Shown one piece after another: positions 12,468 through 27,286 of a DNA stretch of 64,000 nt (position 1 is the stretch's first letter; each line of letters starts with the position of its first letter). The stretch is from Psilocybe cubensis (lineage: Eukaryota). The notes below the pieces were generated by a model. The model saw nothing but the letters and a program-made list of their open reading frames with translations. It had not been told where the DNA came from and did no database searches. The position numbers and the translations under genes are program-made. Where the stretch lies: positions 2,170,001-2,234,000 of the forward strand of contig CM039008.1 in NCBI GenBank assembly GCA_017499595.2, in the 5' to 3' direction.

Positions 12468-14819
12468 ATGACTTCTATCTCTTTTTTCCACGCTGCAGCT
12501 TTCTTTCTTGTCGTTCTTCTTGTTTATAGTGCTCTTCGCCGACGTCGAGTACATCGACTTGCAAACCCTCGAAATCTTCCATATCCACCCGGACCTAAAC
12601 CCCTCCCAATCATAGGAAACCTGTTCGACATCGCGCGTGATAATGAAACGGCAACCTATCAAGCGTTAGCAAGACAATATGGTAAATTTTGATTTGCCAC
12701 GCTCCAGTGCCCACGCTGACAATTCTACTTCGTAGGCGACTTGGTCTTTCTCAGTGCCCTTGGGAAGCATATCCTTTTCGTAAACTCGTTCGAAACCGCG
12801 AATCAGCTTTTTGAGAAAAGGTCGGCAAATTATTCGGACCGCATACAATCGACTATGAGCCATGAATTGTAAGTTCTATGAAACTTTTTAACTTTCTAGG
12901 TTTAGCTAATGGATTGATCACAGGATGGGGTGGGGATTCAGTCTCGGCCACATGCGCTATGGTAAGTGAGTTATGTAGTAACATCAGCATTGTTTTGATC
13001 ACATATCATGTTAGGTGATCGCTGGAGGAAACACCGTCGCATGTTTCACCACCAGTTCCAACAGTCGGTCTCCCCATCTTTCTGGCCCATCCAGCAAAGA
13101 GAGGCGCATTCACTGCTTCGGCGTCTCCTTCACTCGCCCGATCGACTTGACCACCACCTGCGCCAGTGAGTAGACTATTTAAATGAAACGCCGACACAGA
13201 CGTTCGTCTTCGCCTGTTCTAATCATTGAGTCGTCGTAGCAACGCCGCCGCCGTCATAATGAGTGTGACCTATGGCATAACCATCGAATCGACGGATGAT
13301 AAATACATTGCACTTGCTGAAAAGGCGCTGGAAGGTATGGCCAAATCTGCTGGCCCAGGGGCGTTTTTGGTGGATCTGATGCCCTCCCGTACGTGAATCC
13401 AATATAAGAACATTGAATCCGCGTTCATCCCCTCTTTTTTCAGTGAAATATATTCCGTACGTCCTATTCTTATCCGCATGATGGTTTCGGGTTACTCAAG
13501 TGACGCTATGATTAAGTGAGTGGGTCCCTGGCGCTTCCTTCAAGCGCAAAGCACGTGAATGGCGTGCAGCTGTAACAGGAATGAGGGAAGCACCCTTCGC
13601 AACTGTAGTTGCTGATATGGTACTTGAACCGGGATTCAGAATCTACTATCTAATGCTCACCCCGTACTTTAGGCATCGGGAAAGGCACCCCCGTCGTTTG
13701 TCAGCAACTTGCTGAATGACATCGTTTCCGAAAAGATCATAGAGGATGATGAGATTGAAACTATCAAAAATTGTGCTGGTATTGCGTATGCGGGTACGTA
13801 ACATTTTTCGGTTCCAACAAAACACCCAATGATGACTATCTTATTTTTGTCTGCATTGCAGCTGGGGCCGAAAGTGTACGACACGGTTTGAAGTCCGTAT
13901 CTGAATCCATGGAATACTCTAACTGTCTCATACCAGACTGTTTCCACCATAGCCTCGTTCATTTTGGCAGTTCTAACACACCCGGAGGTTCAAGAAAAGG
14001 CACAGAAAGAACTGGATGACGTAGTTGGGCGTGAACGACTCCCGCACTTCAATGATAGGCGCCTGCTTCCATATACATCAGCCGTTGTGAAAGAAACCCT
14101 ACGGTATGTTTTGCAATTATTTTAAAATATTCAAAGAGGTGAATTCATTATCTACATTGAAGTTGGAATCCTGTGGCACCTCTCGGTGAGTCCTTCAACG
14201 TTCGCCATTTCCATGTCGCATCGATATATAGCCACTTGAAGGTCTTCCACATATGGTGACCCACGATGATGAATTCAACGGGTACTTCATTCCAGCTGGA
14301 ACCATTGTAGTTGGAAACTCTTGGCAAGTTCTATTTGTACAGGTTCTTCTTCTAAGTCTTTGCATTAACCGGACTTCCGCACTTTCTAAAGGGGGATATT
14401 GAATGACCCAAATTTGTATCCAAATCCACGGCGCTTCGACCCAGACAGGTTCATGAACGAAGGAGATAAAGGCCCAACCCAGCATCTTTCGCCTACGGAT
14501 ACACTCTCCGTAGCATTCGGGTATGGACGACGATTCTGTCCCGGTCGTCACATGGGTGAAGCGCAAGTGTGGATATCCGTCGCATGTATCTTGAGCGCTT
14601 TCAACATTACCCCAGCGTTAGATGAGAATGGACGTCCGATTGAGGTGGTACCGGCGTTTTCTTCCGGCATGATCTGGTGAGCTGGGGACTTGGCATGGAC
14701 TCGAACCGATGAATCATGGCTGACAATTTTCCTCAAGCCACCCATTGCCATTCAAATTTTCAATGGCCCCCAGGGGGGAGTGGTCTAAGGCGCTAATTGA
14801 GCAAACAGAGGCTATGTAG
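12468..14819 (+). CDS. Cytochrome P450 (basidiomycete CYP64-clan/CYP5144-like), multi-exon
   Basis: N-terminal TM helix plus PPGPKPLPIIGN, I-helix AGAESTV, ExxR (ETLRW), PRRFDPDRF and heme motif FGYGRRFCPG. Stop TAG at 14817-14819. Confidence 0.95.
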
Positions 14820-16210
14820 CTTAACTAGGGTAATTTCGTAAATTCTCCAGCCCGGATACTTTACTCAATACAAGTCATTTCAACACTATTCTCAAAATCT
14901 CGATAATTTTTCTAATTACCAGATAAAATCATAAAATGATCCTATTGCCCTCTTGTTTAACATTTGACTATTGAAGGTTTTCTTTTATCGTTACATGTAT
15001 TAGGAAGACACGATTATGTAATTGATACTTTACTTGAGAAAAACGGAATGGGTTCCAAGACAATGAAACTTGTTAAGCGCCCAGACACGTTCCAAGAGCT
15101 TAATCATCACTGGATATATGTGTTATGCTGAGAATATTCAGTGTACCTCTTAGGAACGGTTGTGGTGCGACGAACCACAAATGAGCAACCTCGCGTTCAC
15201 ATATTTACTTGCAGTACAATGCCCTTCCTCTCCAAATCCGCCTTCCGATCCATTTATATTGCTTCTTCTCATATCAGGAGGCACCCTATTAAGGCCAATT
15301 CATCAGTGTCATTCAGCGGGCCGGAGGCACGGTGAGGAGCTACCCTGGCTACTATAAACGTTCTACCAAAGAAAAAAAAAAACATATCGGAAAACCATGT
15401 TTCCGGTCCTTTCCTGTTGTGAGGGTGATGCTGGAATCGCTAGGAATTGCGAAGGAAAAGGCGAGCTCGGTATTGCCTGATTGCCGTTTGAGAAGCTGAA
15501 AACGAGTCACGTTGTGAATGATGAATGAGCGCTTCAGCCTTTGGTTACTGGACGACGGTGGATGGTGACTGATCAACTTGTAAATTTTCTAGATTATGGG
15601 TACCCTGCTGTTCTGCTTGAGCGACTTCATGGAGAACGGATCACTAGATCGCCAGAAACAAAGTCCAAACCGAGCAACTGAGTGACTGTCCATCCACAGT
15701 AGATAAACTTCATGAAATAGACAGGGTACCTGAAACTTGGGTCACTGGGTGAAATTTGCAAAGAGAATCAGATTGGCAGAGCAACAATTTGAAAATGAGC
15801 ACATTGGCGGGAATGATGCCAAGTTGCCTATGAGACTATTGCTGCCCAGGTACACGCATGGTGACGCCGATCTTCTGCTGCCTGGGCAGCATCCTTCACC
15901 GCTGGCGTTGTACATATGTAAACAAAACAGTAAATTGAGAAGAAACAAAAAGTCGCAAGTCCGTTATGTCTTCTGCTCATATTCAAGAAAATCGAAGTAC
16001 TTCTCTGGGTACAAAATGTCGGGCCGTAGAGTGGTTCAAACTCCGCTCGCGCGCTAATTCTACCGGAAGATTACAGATAGACTTCGTGGTATCGACGGGC
16101 CAAAACACATGATGATCAAACCAAGCTTCGCGTCGTGCATAAGATATAACTGGCGAGCGAGCAGCGGTGAGCCATATTTCTTTTTTCTTTTCCTTTCCCA
16201 GCTCACCACC

Positions 16211-18342
16211 ATGGCCCCGCCACAGCTCACCCGCTGTGCTGCCACCATCCTTTTCCTTTCCTTCCTCTCCCTTTTCCCCCTTACTCTCGCCCAGACCGGT
16301 CCTTCCAAGGTCGCATGCCCTCGCAATTTCATCCGACCAGCTGGACCTGTAGCTGCACCCGCTCTTTCTGCTGAAGAACGCGCTTATGTTTCGGGCCGCA
16401 CGGCGAACGTCCTCCCAGATGCATGGAAAACGTATCTCGCCTCTGTGCGCGCTGCCTTGCCTCCTGGTACCGATCTCCCTTCGTATGTGTCCGAAATCCT
16501 CGACCCCAAGCCACCGAAACGCCCATACATTCCTTCCCGACCCGCTGACCTGCCCAAGCTCGGCATCGCGCTTTCTGGTGGTGGTTTAAGAGCAACGTAC
16601 TTTGCTGCGGGCGTGCTCACCTCAATTGACGGCCGGAACACAACCCATCCTACGGGATCGAACGGGCTTCTGCAAGCTGCTACGTACCTCGCCGGACTCT
16701 CAGGAGGCGCCTGGTTTACCACCGCGCTCGCGCAGGCCAACTTTCCCACAGTCCCCGAGCTCGTGTTCCCCTCCAACGCGCCCGCGTCCAATGATCACTT
16801 TGGCGGGTTCCTCAGCGAGCTTGATATCACTGCCCCAGGTGCGGATGAGCTCCAAAACGCTGGGTACTTCCAGGCCGTTCTGAGTGAGCTCGTGCCAAAG
16901 GTCGTCGCAGGCTTCCCAGTCACTCTGGCCGACGGGTGGACGCGAATGATTGCAAGACATTTCGTGAATGGAACAACAGCTGATACAATTTTGAACCCTG
17001 GCCCCCATGGCGATGGGATAACTTTCAGTGGTCTGAAGGATCTGTGAGTTCATGACGTCGTTTCTCTCATGTCCTTTTGCTCAAAAAATTGTAGACCAAG
17101 TATCAAAGCACACGCCCAGCCTTTCCCTATTGTCGTGTGGAATGCGATCCCTCCTGCGCTTGTCGAAAACCCGAACGACCCTAAGCAGTTGGCCGATATT
17201 GTACCTGGGAACAGTGTCCCTGTTGGAAGCGAGATTTGGGAGGTTAACATGTGTACGTATTCTTGCCTTTGCGTTAACTCGGTATTTAAATACCCTTCAG
17301 TTGAAACCGGCTCTTGGGACCCCTCGCTGGCGTCTTTCATCCCTACGCGTCTGCTTGGATCGACCCCCGCCTTTGGAACAGGCCCCAACAAGGTCGACGC
17401 GCAGTGCTTCGAGGGTGTCGACCAGGCCGCGTATGTTGCTGGGATCAGCAGCAGTGTGTTTAATTATCTGAATGGTTCGTTTCCGCTTCGATATATTCGA
17501 GTGATGGTTAACAGGAACCATGAACAGGAACGACAAACTTGCTGCCTTATACACAAGAAGGCGCGTTGATAAATGTGATCAATGCGACGTTCCCGTCGCC
17601 TGTGAGCGTGCGGCTGGACTCTGCCGCGCTGCCAAATCCATTCAAGGGTGTTAATCCTGTACGTATATGTTCCTTGTGAAATACATAAATTAACTCACGT
17701 TAATAGCGTACATACCCATCTTCCTCGGAATCATATCTCTCTCTCGTCGACGGAGGCTCCAATGGAGAAGTTCTACCGCTCCAACCTCTGATTATGCGCT
17801 CGCGCGGCGTAGATGTCATCTATGCAGTTGACGCCCCCGCCGACCTGCCAAATTCTTACACCAACGGTAGCGACATCGTCAACACCGCCGCACGCGCGAA
17901 GCGTTTCTCGTCCGGAAAGTTGTACCCTTTCCCGCGCGTGCCAGCGTCGCCGCAGACCTTCATCGACAAGGGGCTGACCCTTCGCCCTACGATCTTTGGG
18001 TGTCTTCCTGAGGATGAGCGGAACGGTGCCCCTATCGTTGTATATGTCGCCAACGGCGGTGCCAGTGCCGAGAAGCGCGCAAAGGGTGAGGCAGGCCTGA
18101 CGGGTACACCAACGGTACAGACTACGTATTCGAAAGAAATGGCGCAGGCGTTCATGGACGAATCGTTCGCCATTGCCACCCAAGGTCTTGGGCTCAACTC
18201 TACATCTGTGGCGCCAGGACAGCAGTGGAGTACCTGCTTGGCCTGTGCCGTTGTTGACCGTGCGCGCGCGAGGCGCGGAGAGCGAAGGCAGGGTGTTTGT
18301 GCTGAGTGTTTCAACAATTATTGTTGGGACGGACGGGAGTGA
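16211..18342 (+). CDS. Secreted lysophospholipase / phospholipase B (PLA2c family)
   Basis: Signal peptide from ATG 16211, ALSGGGLRA, catalytic GLSGG, LVDGG and a C-terminal CLACAVVDR...CF.NYCW. Four introns. Confidence 0.93.
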
Positions 18343-20265
18343 AGGGGTTTGAGGTGAGAGATATTGGAGAAGACTTCATCCTGGTGGTGGCTTTACAAGC
18401 CAAACTTGAGCTCTTTTATACATGACTAACCAACGCACCGACCGATTGTTAAAGCTTTATTTTTATGAAGCTAAAATATTTGGGACTTGCAGTAACATTT
18501 ACATCTCTGCTTAGATCCCGCCGTTCTTTGTTCGACTAGTACTACACTCTTTTTTGTTATTAAATATTGTTGTTTTAATGTGATATTCTGTTGTTAGTGT
18601 TGTTAATCTAATACACACCGGTTGATATCTGAGCTAGATTGCTAACTCCGAATTTTAAAGTTTGAAAGGCGCCTGAAACTCTGAAACTGAAAAAATACCG
18701 CGCTTTCCGTTGAACTATCTCAGGTTTGAGCAATGTTGCTCATGGACATACAACTAAATCAACTCAGCATAATGCCGAGTTTGTAAAATGTTCGGATGAA
18801 AGGAAGCGGATTTCTCCAATGGTGATATGTCGCAAATGGAAAAAGTTACTGATCTGTTCAGGTTTCGGAAAGACTGCCCGGCGCTTGCATATGTAGTAGA
18901 CGCTGGTCGGCGTTTTCGTTACTGTAGTACATGCGCATTCTTTTAGGAACCGCTTATGCGGGATTTTGTCAGTGATGGATAAATGGAGTCTGAAACAGGA
19001 ATCGAAACGACTTTGATGCATCGAACTTCATCTCATATGACATGACACAGACCTCCTTGGAAGGCTGGAGGATGAAGTTTTTGTAGATTATTAACAAGGG
19101 TTTGAACGTTTTGTGTTAAAAATATCGAGAAAGGAAAATGGATGGAACTCGACCCGGAACTTGAACTTCGTACTGCATTCTGAAAACGGTACCGACTCAA
19201 AAGCATACGAGCAGGCTGATAGGTTTTTCATCTTGGGGATTCGCTTGCTTCGACCAACTTTAAAAATCAAGAAAACGACGAGAGGTTAAATTTTTTAGAA
19301 AGTTGTAGATGCATTACTTCTGCACTCGTCATTATAAAGATTTATTATGACTTTGTAAAAGGTTATATAGGCAATACGGTTGAGCCATTGACTCACCAAC
19401 TTATCACGAATTTCAATCGGAGTCATTGTTCTATAAATAAACACTTAAATCCGTTCGGAAATATCCGTTGCCGGATCACTATACCCTGTTTTTACCGAGC
19501 AACTTTTTCAAATGCTATGTTCGTCTTTACTCAGCAGTTACTCATCCCAACAGTGAGCAACCGAGTGCTTAACCAGAACTAGGTTATTTCGAGTTATTTA
19601 TCTAGTAATTGTGCTAACGGACCACTGTGAAGTACCTGTCTTTCGGCCTGCTCGGATTCCAGCTACTAAATTACAAGGTCACGGAGCAGATTTCTGAATG
19701 GCATTAATTTGTATGGGATACGGACAAAAGGATCGAATATCGTGTGATGAGTTTGTACCTTGGAAGAGGTTTGCAGATAGAAAATTCTCGGTGTTCTATG
19801 CACGCCTTGATGGTGGGTTATCATAATGCAAATCCCAATAAGATCATGTCTTGCCGCCTACGCAATGTACCTCCGCTCGGCTCGTAAACGCCAACTCGTC
19901 ATCCATTCGGAGCGCCAGTCATGTCCGGATCTGGTGGTATCGGCGATTTTCGTATGTCTTCTGGTTCCTACGGGTTTGTTTCCAATTTAGGTGGCAGGAT
20001 GAAGCAAACGGACCAGTGAAACTGTGTGGCCGATTTTGTGGATGCACGTTTTACCGTTCGCTGTCTTCATTCTGTTCACTTTGCAATAAGTCTATGAAGT
20101 CCTACTGCCACCGTGCTCGGGATTTCTATTTGGAGTCTGTTATGTTTTGGGCGAGTATGTCAGAATACGTCTGCCTTGGAATCTCGTATAAATACCAGTG
20201 CTACAGGTATGTCTCTGTATTAACTAGCATATCTCATCTACACAGGGCTCTTTTCTTTTACTACT

Positions 20266-22528
20266 ATGCTCACTGATTTTTTGCCTCAAGTCTCCTCTTT
20301 CTCAGTTCTTTTTACAGCCACCTTAATTTTTGCCATGTTGTATCAAAGGCGTATTTCCAGGAACACAAATCCAGGGAGAATTCCATATCCTCCTGGACCT
20401 AAGCCTCTGCCACTTGTCGGGAACTTTTTTGATATTCCACGGACCAACGAAAGTGCCACGTTCCAGGATCTGTCCAAGAAATATGGTAATGCCTTCCGAG
20501 TTAATGCTAGAAATGACACCGACCAACAACATCGAAACATTTTTATAGGCGATTTGGTGTACATGAGTACAATGGGCGTCAACATACTGCTAGTCAGCTC
20601 TTTCAAGACTGCTGGCGATTTATTCGAGAAACGATCTGCTAATTATTCTGATCGTTTCCAATCTCCCATGAGCCATGACCTGTGAGAATTCATTTATTAT
20701 TTTGTTTTGAAGTCAAATGCTGATCTACCTTCATTTTAAGCATGGGATGGGATTTCAGCTTATCGAACATGCCTTATGGTAGGTCATCGAATTCTGCCAA
20801 CTTCTCAGTAAACTAACAACTATGTACTAGGCGACCGATGGAGGACACATCGCCGTGTTTTCCATCATGAATTTCAACCGTCCATGGCCCCATCATATTT
20901 CCCTATTCAAACTCGCGAAGCTCATGGATTGCTTCGTCGATTCCTTCGATACCCGGAAAGCCTGGAATATAACTTAAGACAGTTCGTACCTTTTACTTTA
21001 TACGTCCCATACAACTATATGTATTTTTTGTTTTGTACAGGAATGCAGCATCCCTTGTGATGAAAGTGACTTATGGAATCCAGATAGCTGATATAAATGA
21101 CCCGTATGTATCGATCGCTCGGACGGCACTAGAAGGAGCAGCAGTCGCTACTAGCCCAGGTGCCTTCCTCGTTAATTTCATACCAATCCGTGAGTCTGGT
21201 TTGCCCATTACCAGGTCTAAGTATCTAAAATTCTTCTGAAAAACAGTCAAACACGTACCGTACGTTTTTATGATACTGATTCGATTTAAAAATAACCTGA
21301 GATTTTGAGTACAGTGAGTGGATACCCAAAGCAAGTTTCAAGCGCAAAGCCAGAGAATGGCGCGACGCAGTCAATCGCATGAGGAACGATCCTTTCAAAA
21401 CAGTTGTTGATGGAATGGTAAATTAATTTTAATCTACGTGATACTAGCATCTGACACTTTTTGAAGAAAGCGGGAACTGCAGAGCCTTGCTTTGTTTCCA
21501 ATCTACTCAATGATCTGGATTCGAGGGGTGAGGTCATCGAGGACGAGCAACTAGTTGTTAAAGATTGTGCCGCTTTGGTGTATGCAGGTATGAGCTACCA
21601 AATCTCTACAGGTTTCTTGCCTCTAAATTCAAATGCTTCTTTCTTTTTCGTAGCCTCTGCTGAAAGCGTATGCAATTTGATTTCAAGGGCTTCTTTGTTG
21701 ACTGATGGTTTTACTTCAGACCGTATCCACTTTGGCTACTTTCGTTCTTGCGATGCTTACACATCCTGAGATACAAGCAAGGGCACAAAAAGAACTTGAT
21801 ACTGTCATTGGCAGAGATCGCCTTCCGGAGGCTATAGACCGCGAATCACTTCCATTTATCTCAGCGATAGTCAAAGAAGTTTTCCGGTATGATACATTCT
21901 TGCCTTATGATTGATGCCCTCCTCAATTTTGAATTTGTTTCCAACTTTAGGTGGAATCCAGTTGCCCCACTAGGTACGTGTTTTAAAAACGCGATAAACA
22001 GCCCGCCTTACAATTCCACTACAGGACTGCCACATGTGGCTACCAACGCTGATGTTTACAACGGATATTATATCCCAGCCGGAACTATAGTTATCGGAAA
22101 TACATGGGGTATCTTCAACGACGAGGAAACGTACCCCGAACCGCGTCGCTTCAACCCAGATAGATTTATGGGTGATGCAGATAAAGGATTGCAGCAGCTC
22201 TCTCCCATGGACCCACTGTCTGCCGCGTTCGGCTACGGTCGTCGGGCATGTCCAGGAAAGTACATGGGCGAGTTTCAGGTCTGGATATCAATTGCTTCTA
22301 TTTTGAGCGTATATGATATTCGGCCTGCGCTGGATGACATGGGCCGTCCTATTCACGTTACCCCAGAGTTCTCAAAGAAGGGAATGGTTTGGTGGGTTTT
22401 GTGTTTATATACCGATTTGTTAGATTGATACTAATATGTTTTCCAGTCACCCGCTCCCTTTCAAATATTCGATTAAGCCAAGGGATGATGCCGCTCGGAG
22501 ACTCATTGAACAAACTGAACTTAATTAA
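20266..22528 (+). CDS. Cytochrome P450, paralog of the P450 at 12468
   Basis: PPGPKPLPLVGN, ASAESTV, EVFRW, PRRFNPDRF and FGYGRRACPG. Intron positions are mostly shared with the first P450. Confidence 0.95.
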
Positions 22529-22828
22529 ATTATATGTAGATGGATATCACTTAGACAGTATTCTATTCAAGTTGTAATTATTCGAAGAGTATCTTCGTTT
22601 AAAATGGGTCATTCATGAATTTTATAAATTGGGAATTTTAAGCTGAAATGGTTGAAGTTCAAAACAAAATGACGCAGAATTAACGCGTTGAGCGAGGCTC
22701 GAATTCGTGTCCTCGTGTACATCGATCGGCCCGGCCGAGTGATCTGATGTCAGTGGCTGTGCTGTTTTTACTCCCATCTGGACTTGCTGGGTCTTGACAC
22801 TATTTTGGACCTTATTCACATCCACCTG

Positions 22829-25800
22829 ATGGCCAAAAATCTCAAGAGGAAGGTCGCAGGACCATCATCACAACGAGAGGTACGTTATGAATAAGATTTT
22901 CTGGATAGCAACGTTGGCTAAATGTTCCTTCATGACAGAAGTCGCCTAGGATTGAGGAAGATGATGCTATGGACCAGGACCAGGACAGCGTTATGGACGA
23001 TAGTGAGGTAGAGGGAAGTGACGAGCCCAGTGATGCGGAAATGCATGGATTGGATGTAGGAGAAGAGGAAGAAGAGTGGAAGGGAATTGGATCGACCATG
23101 GACACGCTACCTGATACACATCCTACCGGCAAGAAATCGCACAAACCGCCGACGGGAGAAGAGCTGAGGGCCATCAGAGATGCTAGCGACTTATTCAAGT
23201 CGGGTTCTTTCAAATTGCAAGTACGTATCTCTATTACTCAGTCTCAAATAACCAAATTAATCGTAATTATTCCAGGTGGATGCTCTGCTACCTAATGTTC
23301 GACCGAAAGCGTCAAGAGTGCCTCCTCTCGAACGATTCCTCTTCCAATTACACACTTTCATCAAAGATATACCCTCGGTTTCACCCGCGCATCCGCTAGA
23401 AGCAGCCAGAAAACTCATGAAAAAGGGCGTTGCCGTCCCATACTCGTTACCACTACCAACGGAAGATACCAACTGGAAAGTCGCATACGAGCCCCCGACC
23501 GAAATCACATTAGTTGGGAGCTGGGGGAACAAAATCAGCGTGAAGGCGAAGGACGGACAACCATTCGGAGTTGATTTGGCTTTGGAAATGCCGAATGTAC
23601 GTCTCATTTGATGTTTTTTTCTTGACGCCTCTGACTTGTTGTTGTTGTTCTCAAGACCCTGTTCCAAGAAAAGGATTATTTGAATGGTCGTTATTTCCAT
23701 AAAAGATCGTTCTATCTCGCCAATATCGCAGCTGCGATCCAAAAGTCGAAAACACTCAATGTGGACGTTTCTTATGAATCACTACAAGGTGATCCACGTC
23801 TCACGAAGCTTGTTTTGACACCAAAAAAAGGTACTATATATCGGAGACGATGCTAAAATTTCTCACTTTACTCTGCACAGACGATTCGGCCACCGATTTC
23901 ACCAAATTAAACGCCAAAATCTGCATCCTACCTGTGCTATCACAAACCTCACCCATCCCCCTCCACCGACTTTCGCCTTCGCACTCAAATATTCGCGTCA
24001 GCGCCGCGAGCGAGACGGCTCACGACGACACTACACACCCCACGCACCTTCCCACCCCGTTGTACAACACTGCCCTTCTACAAACTCTCCTGCCCAAATA
24101 CCAGCTTATTGTGGTGCATGCGCTACAAAATGAAGTCCCAGCCTTCTCCGACGCGCTGACGCTTCTCCGGGTGTGGGCCAACCAGCGTGGGTACAGTGAG
24201 GGGACGAAAATGTGCATCCAGGGGTTCGAGGGTGCAGGGCCTTGGTGGTGGTCTCTTCTTGCATTGCTGTTGAATGGGGAAGAGGCGCGCCCGAACGCGC
24301 CCAAGTCTAGCCGGAGACGGTCGGTTGGAAAGGGTCTCAGTTCGTACCAGCTTTTCAAAGCCGCTTTGGAATTTTTAGGTGCGTCTTTTTTCTGTTGCTC
24401 GTTTAGAGGGTGCATACTAACAATGTATGTTTTAGCCAAACATGATTTTGAGAAAGATTCGGTGTTTGTGAAGGCTGCTGAGGGCCATAAGGTCTGTCGT
24501 TCATTGTCGAAAAGATATTCACTTTCTGATCGGTGTCGCTTGTAGTTCCCACCTGAGGAATACAAGGAGCATACAGGCGCTGTTTTCGTCGATTCGTTAT
24601 CCTTGACAAATGTTTTGGCTAGAGTGCCGCTTGGATCTCTGGAGCTGGTATGTCTACTCATTTAACCATCAATCCATACGTATTGACACTCGACAGCTAC
24701 GTTATGATGCCACGAAAGCACTCGAAGCGCTCAACCAAACCACATTTTCCGGAGACCCATTCAACGGAGTCTTTTTGAAGGACTGTAGAGATCTTTCAAC
24801 GCGTTTCGATGTCATCCTTCGGTACACAATCTCAAGTTTTTATGCTCTGAGCGACATCTGATTTGCTTCTGTACAGTGTTGATCTCACATCCGCGAAACC
24901 TCGAAACACCTCCGTCCACTCGACACTCGACATCGGATCCCCTGCTAACGCGCTTCTGTCGTCAATAAGCACCATCGTCCGACAAGGTCTCGGCGACCGC
25001 TCGCGTGCCGTGGCCCTCCTTCACCCTTCGTCTCTCTCCCGCTCCGTGTCCCAGGCGCATCCTTCAAGTCCCGACACGATCTTCATCGGCATCATCCATA
25101 ACCCCGAACACGCATTCCGCCTCGTCGACCACGGCCCAGCAGCCGACGCCAACGACCAAACGGCGCTCGAAACGTTCCGCGCGTTCTGGGGCAGCAAATC
25201 GGAGCTGCGCCGATTCAAAGACGGGCGCATTGCGGAGAGCGTGGTGTGGGATGTTAAAACTGCCGACGAGAAGGCGCATGTGCCTGCTATGATTGTGAGG
25301 CATTTGCTCGGTTGGCATTTTGGGTTGGGGGAGAAAGAGGTGGGGACGTGGGATATGGCGTATGATGCGCTTATACGGTTGCCGCCTGTGGTTGCGGGTG
25401 AGATTGTGGCGGCGAAAGTGCAGACTGGGGTGAAAGGCGCGATGATGGCGTTCGACGCGCTCGTGAAGGAGATCAAGAAGCTCGACGATGAGCTCCCGCT
25501 GGCGTTGCTTAATGTCAGCCCTATTGCGGAGGCGTTGAGGTATACGAGCGTGTTCAGCCCCGTGGCGATGCCACCTTCACTTGCCCAGCGGCTCCCGCCG
25601 ACCGCGCGCTATGCGCCGCCTATTGAGGTTGTGCTGGAGTTTGAAAAGTCCGCGAGGTGGCCGGACGATGTTCGCGCGGTGCAGGTGGTCAAGATGGCGT
25701 TTATGGAGCGGTTGGGGTCTGCGCTGATGGAGTCGGTTCAGGGGATGCAGGCAAGGGTTATCACTGGGCACCCGACGGACTCGGAGCTTGTCGACCGTGC

Positions 25801-27286
25801 GGTTCTGGAGCTTATCACACCCGAAGGATGGGCGTTCCATGCGCGGATATGGTATGATCGCGAAGTGAACTTGCTCGATAACATCATCGGCGGGAGAGCA
25901 GCTCTCCAGCCACACATCAAGACAAAGGACAAGGAGAAAGAGAGGAAGGGCCCGGATTATCACGCCGCGCTCAAAGCGAAGGAGGTGTACACGCGCCTCT
26001 TCGTCCACGCGCCGCGGCACCATCGGGCCATCGCGGCGCTCGCGCATCGGTACGGTGCGTTTGCGGGGACGGTGCGCCTTGCGAAGCGGTGGCTTGCGGC
26101 GCATTGGGTGTTGGGTGCGCATGTGGGCGAGGAGGTTGTGGAGGTTATTTGTGCGTCGTTGTTTGTGGGTGCTGGTGCTGGGAGTGGTGGTGTGGGTGTG
26201 GGTGGTGTGGGTACGGGTGTGGGTGAGGGTGTGGAGCAGACGGTGCGACATCTTGTTCCTGGTAGCAAAGAGCGCGGGTTTGCGCTTTTCGTGCAGTTTT
26301 TGAAGGAGTGGAAGTGGGAGGAGGGGTTGTTCGTGCCGCTTTACGGGGGCAGCAACGTCCCCGCTGCTACTACTACTGCGGCGGCGGCGGCAACGAGCAA
26401 AGCGTCGACGGCGAGTGTGGCGGGCCCGAATAAGAGCGTGTGGAAAGTATCGACGGAGCACGATCCGTCAGGACACGTGTGGACGTACAAAGGCCCCGAC
26501 CTCGTCGTTGCGCACCGTGTACGGGCTTTAGCGAGTGCGACGTATGCTTACCTAGGCACGCTCGAGTCCGGCCAGCTGGATATCCGTGGTATGTTCATAC
26601 ACCCAACGGACGACTACGATTTCGTGCTGTGTCTTGATCCGGGTGTGATACCGCGCTATGTGCATAATGTTGGTGTGGATGTGGAAGTGTTGTTGGGACG
26701 CGGTGGAAAGTATGCGAATAGGACGAGGGAGGAGGAGGAGGAGAGTGTGCGGGTGATGCCTGGGTTTGATCCTGCGCGGATGTACTTTGATGATCTTCAG
26801 GTACGTTTGTGTTTACGTTTTGGTGTTTGTGTTTATGCTTGGTGTGGTGTTTTCTTGAATCACTTGTTTTCTCTCTCTCTCCTTTTTTTTTGGTTCGTTT
26901 TTTTGGATAATGGACATTTTAACTGATACATTATGTTCTTATTATCAACAGCGGATTTACATGGACACGTGTAAATTGTTCTATGACCCGCTTGGTGGGA
27001 CACAGATTGGTGGTGTGTGGGATCCGACGGTGAGAGAGCCGCGTGCGTTTAGAGTTTTGGGCGGGTTCTCTTGTGCTCCTGTTAAAAGGGCGAGTGTAGC
27101 TCTTTTTTTTTCTTTTGTTCGTGAATGCTAATTAACTGCCTGTCTGAATTTTAGACGGAGGACGCGTCGAAGTCTAAATCGAAGGAAAAGGATAAAAATC
27201 TCGTCGTGCTTAACCAGGACTCGGTCCTTGCTGAGATGGAAAGGATGGGCACGGGGATGGTGAAGAAGATTGTGGTTGTGAAGTAG
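22829..27286 (+). CDS. UTP22: U3 snoRNA-associated protein 22 (Nrap/NOL6 family)
   Basis: LFKSGSFKLQ, LFQEKDYLNGRYFHKR, VWANQRG, FWGSKSELRRFKDGRI.ESVVW, FEKSARWPDD and RLAKRWL. The large exon is 24863-26800. Confidence 0.92.

Noticed and set aside
18400-20200. Possible element or ncRNA in the intergenic gap
   Set aside because: I found no terminal repeats, RNA-gene signature or credible ORF.
25577-26461. 294-aa antisense ORF and similar overlapping ORFs in GC-rich genes
   Set aside because: Shadow frames of UTP22, PSF1 and the lysophospholipase caused by codon bias.
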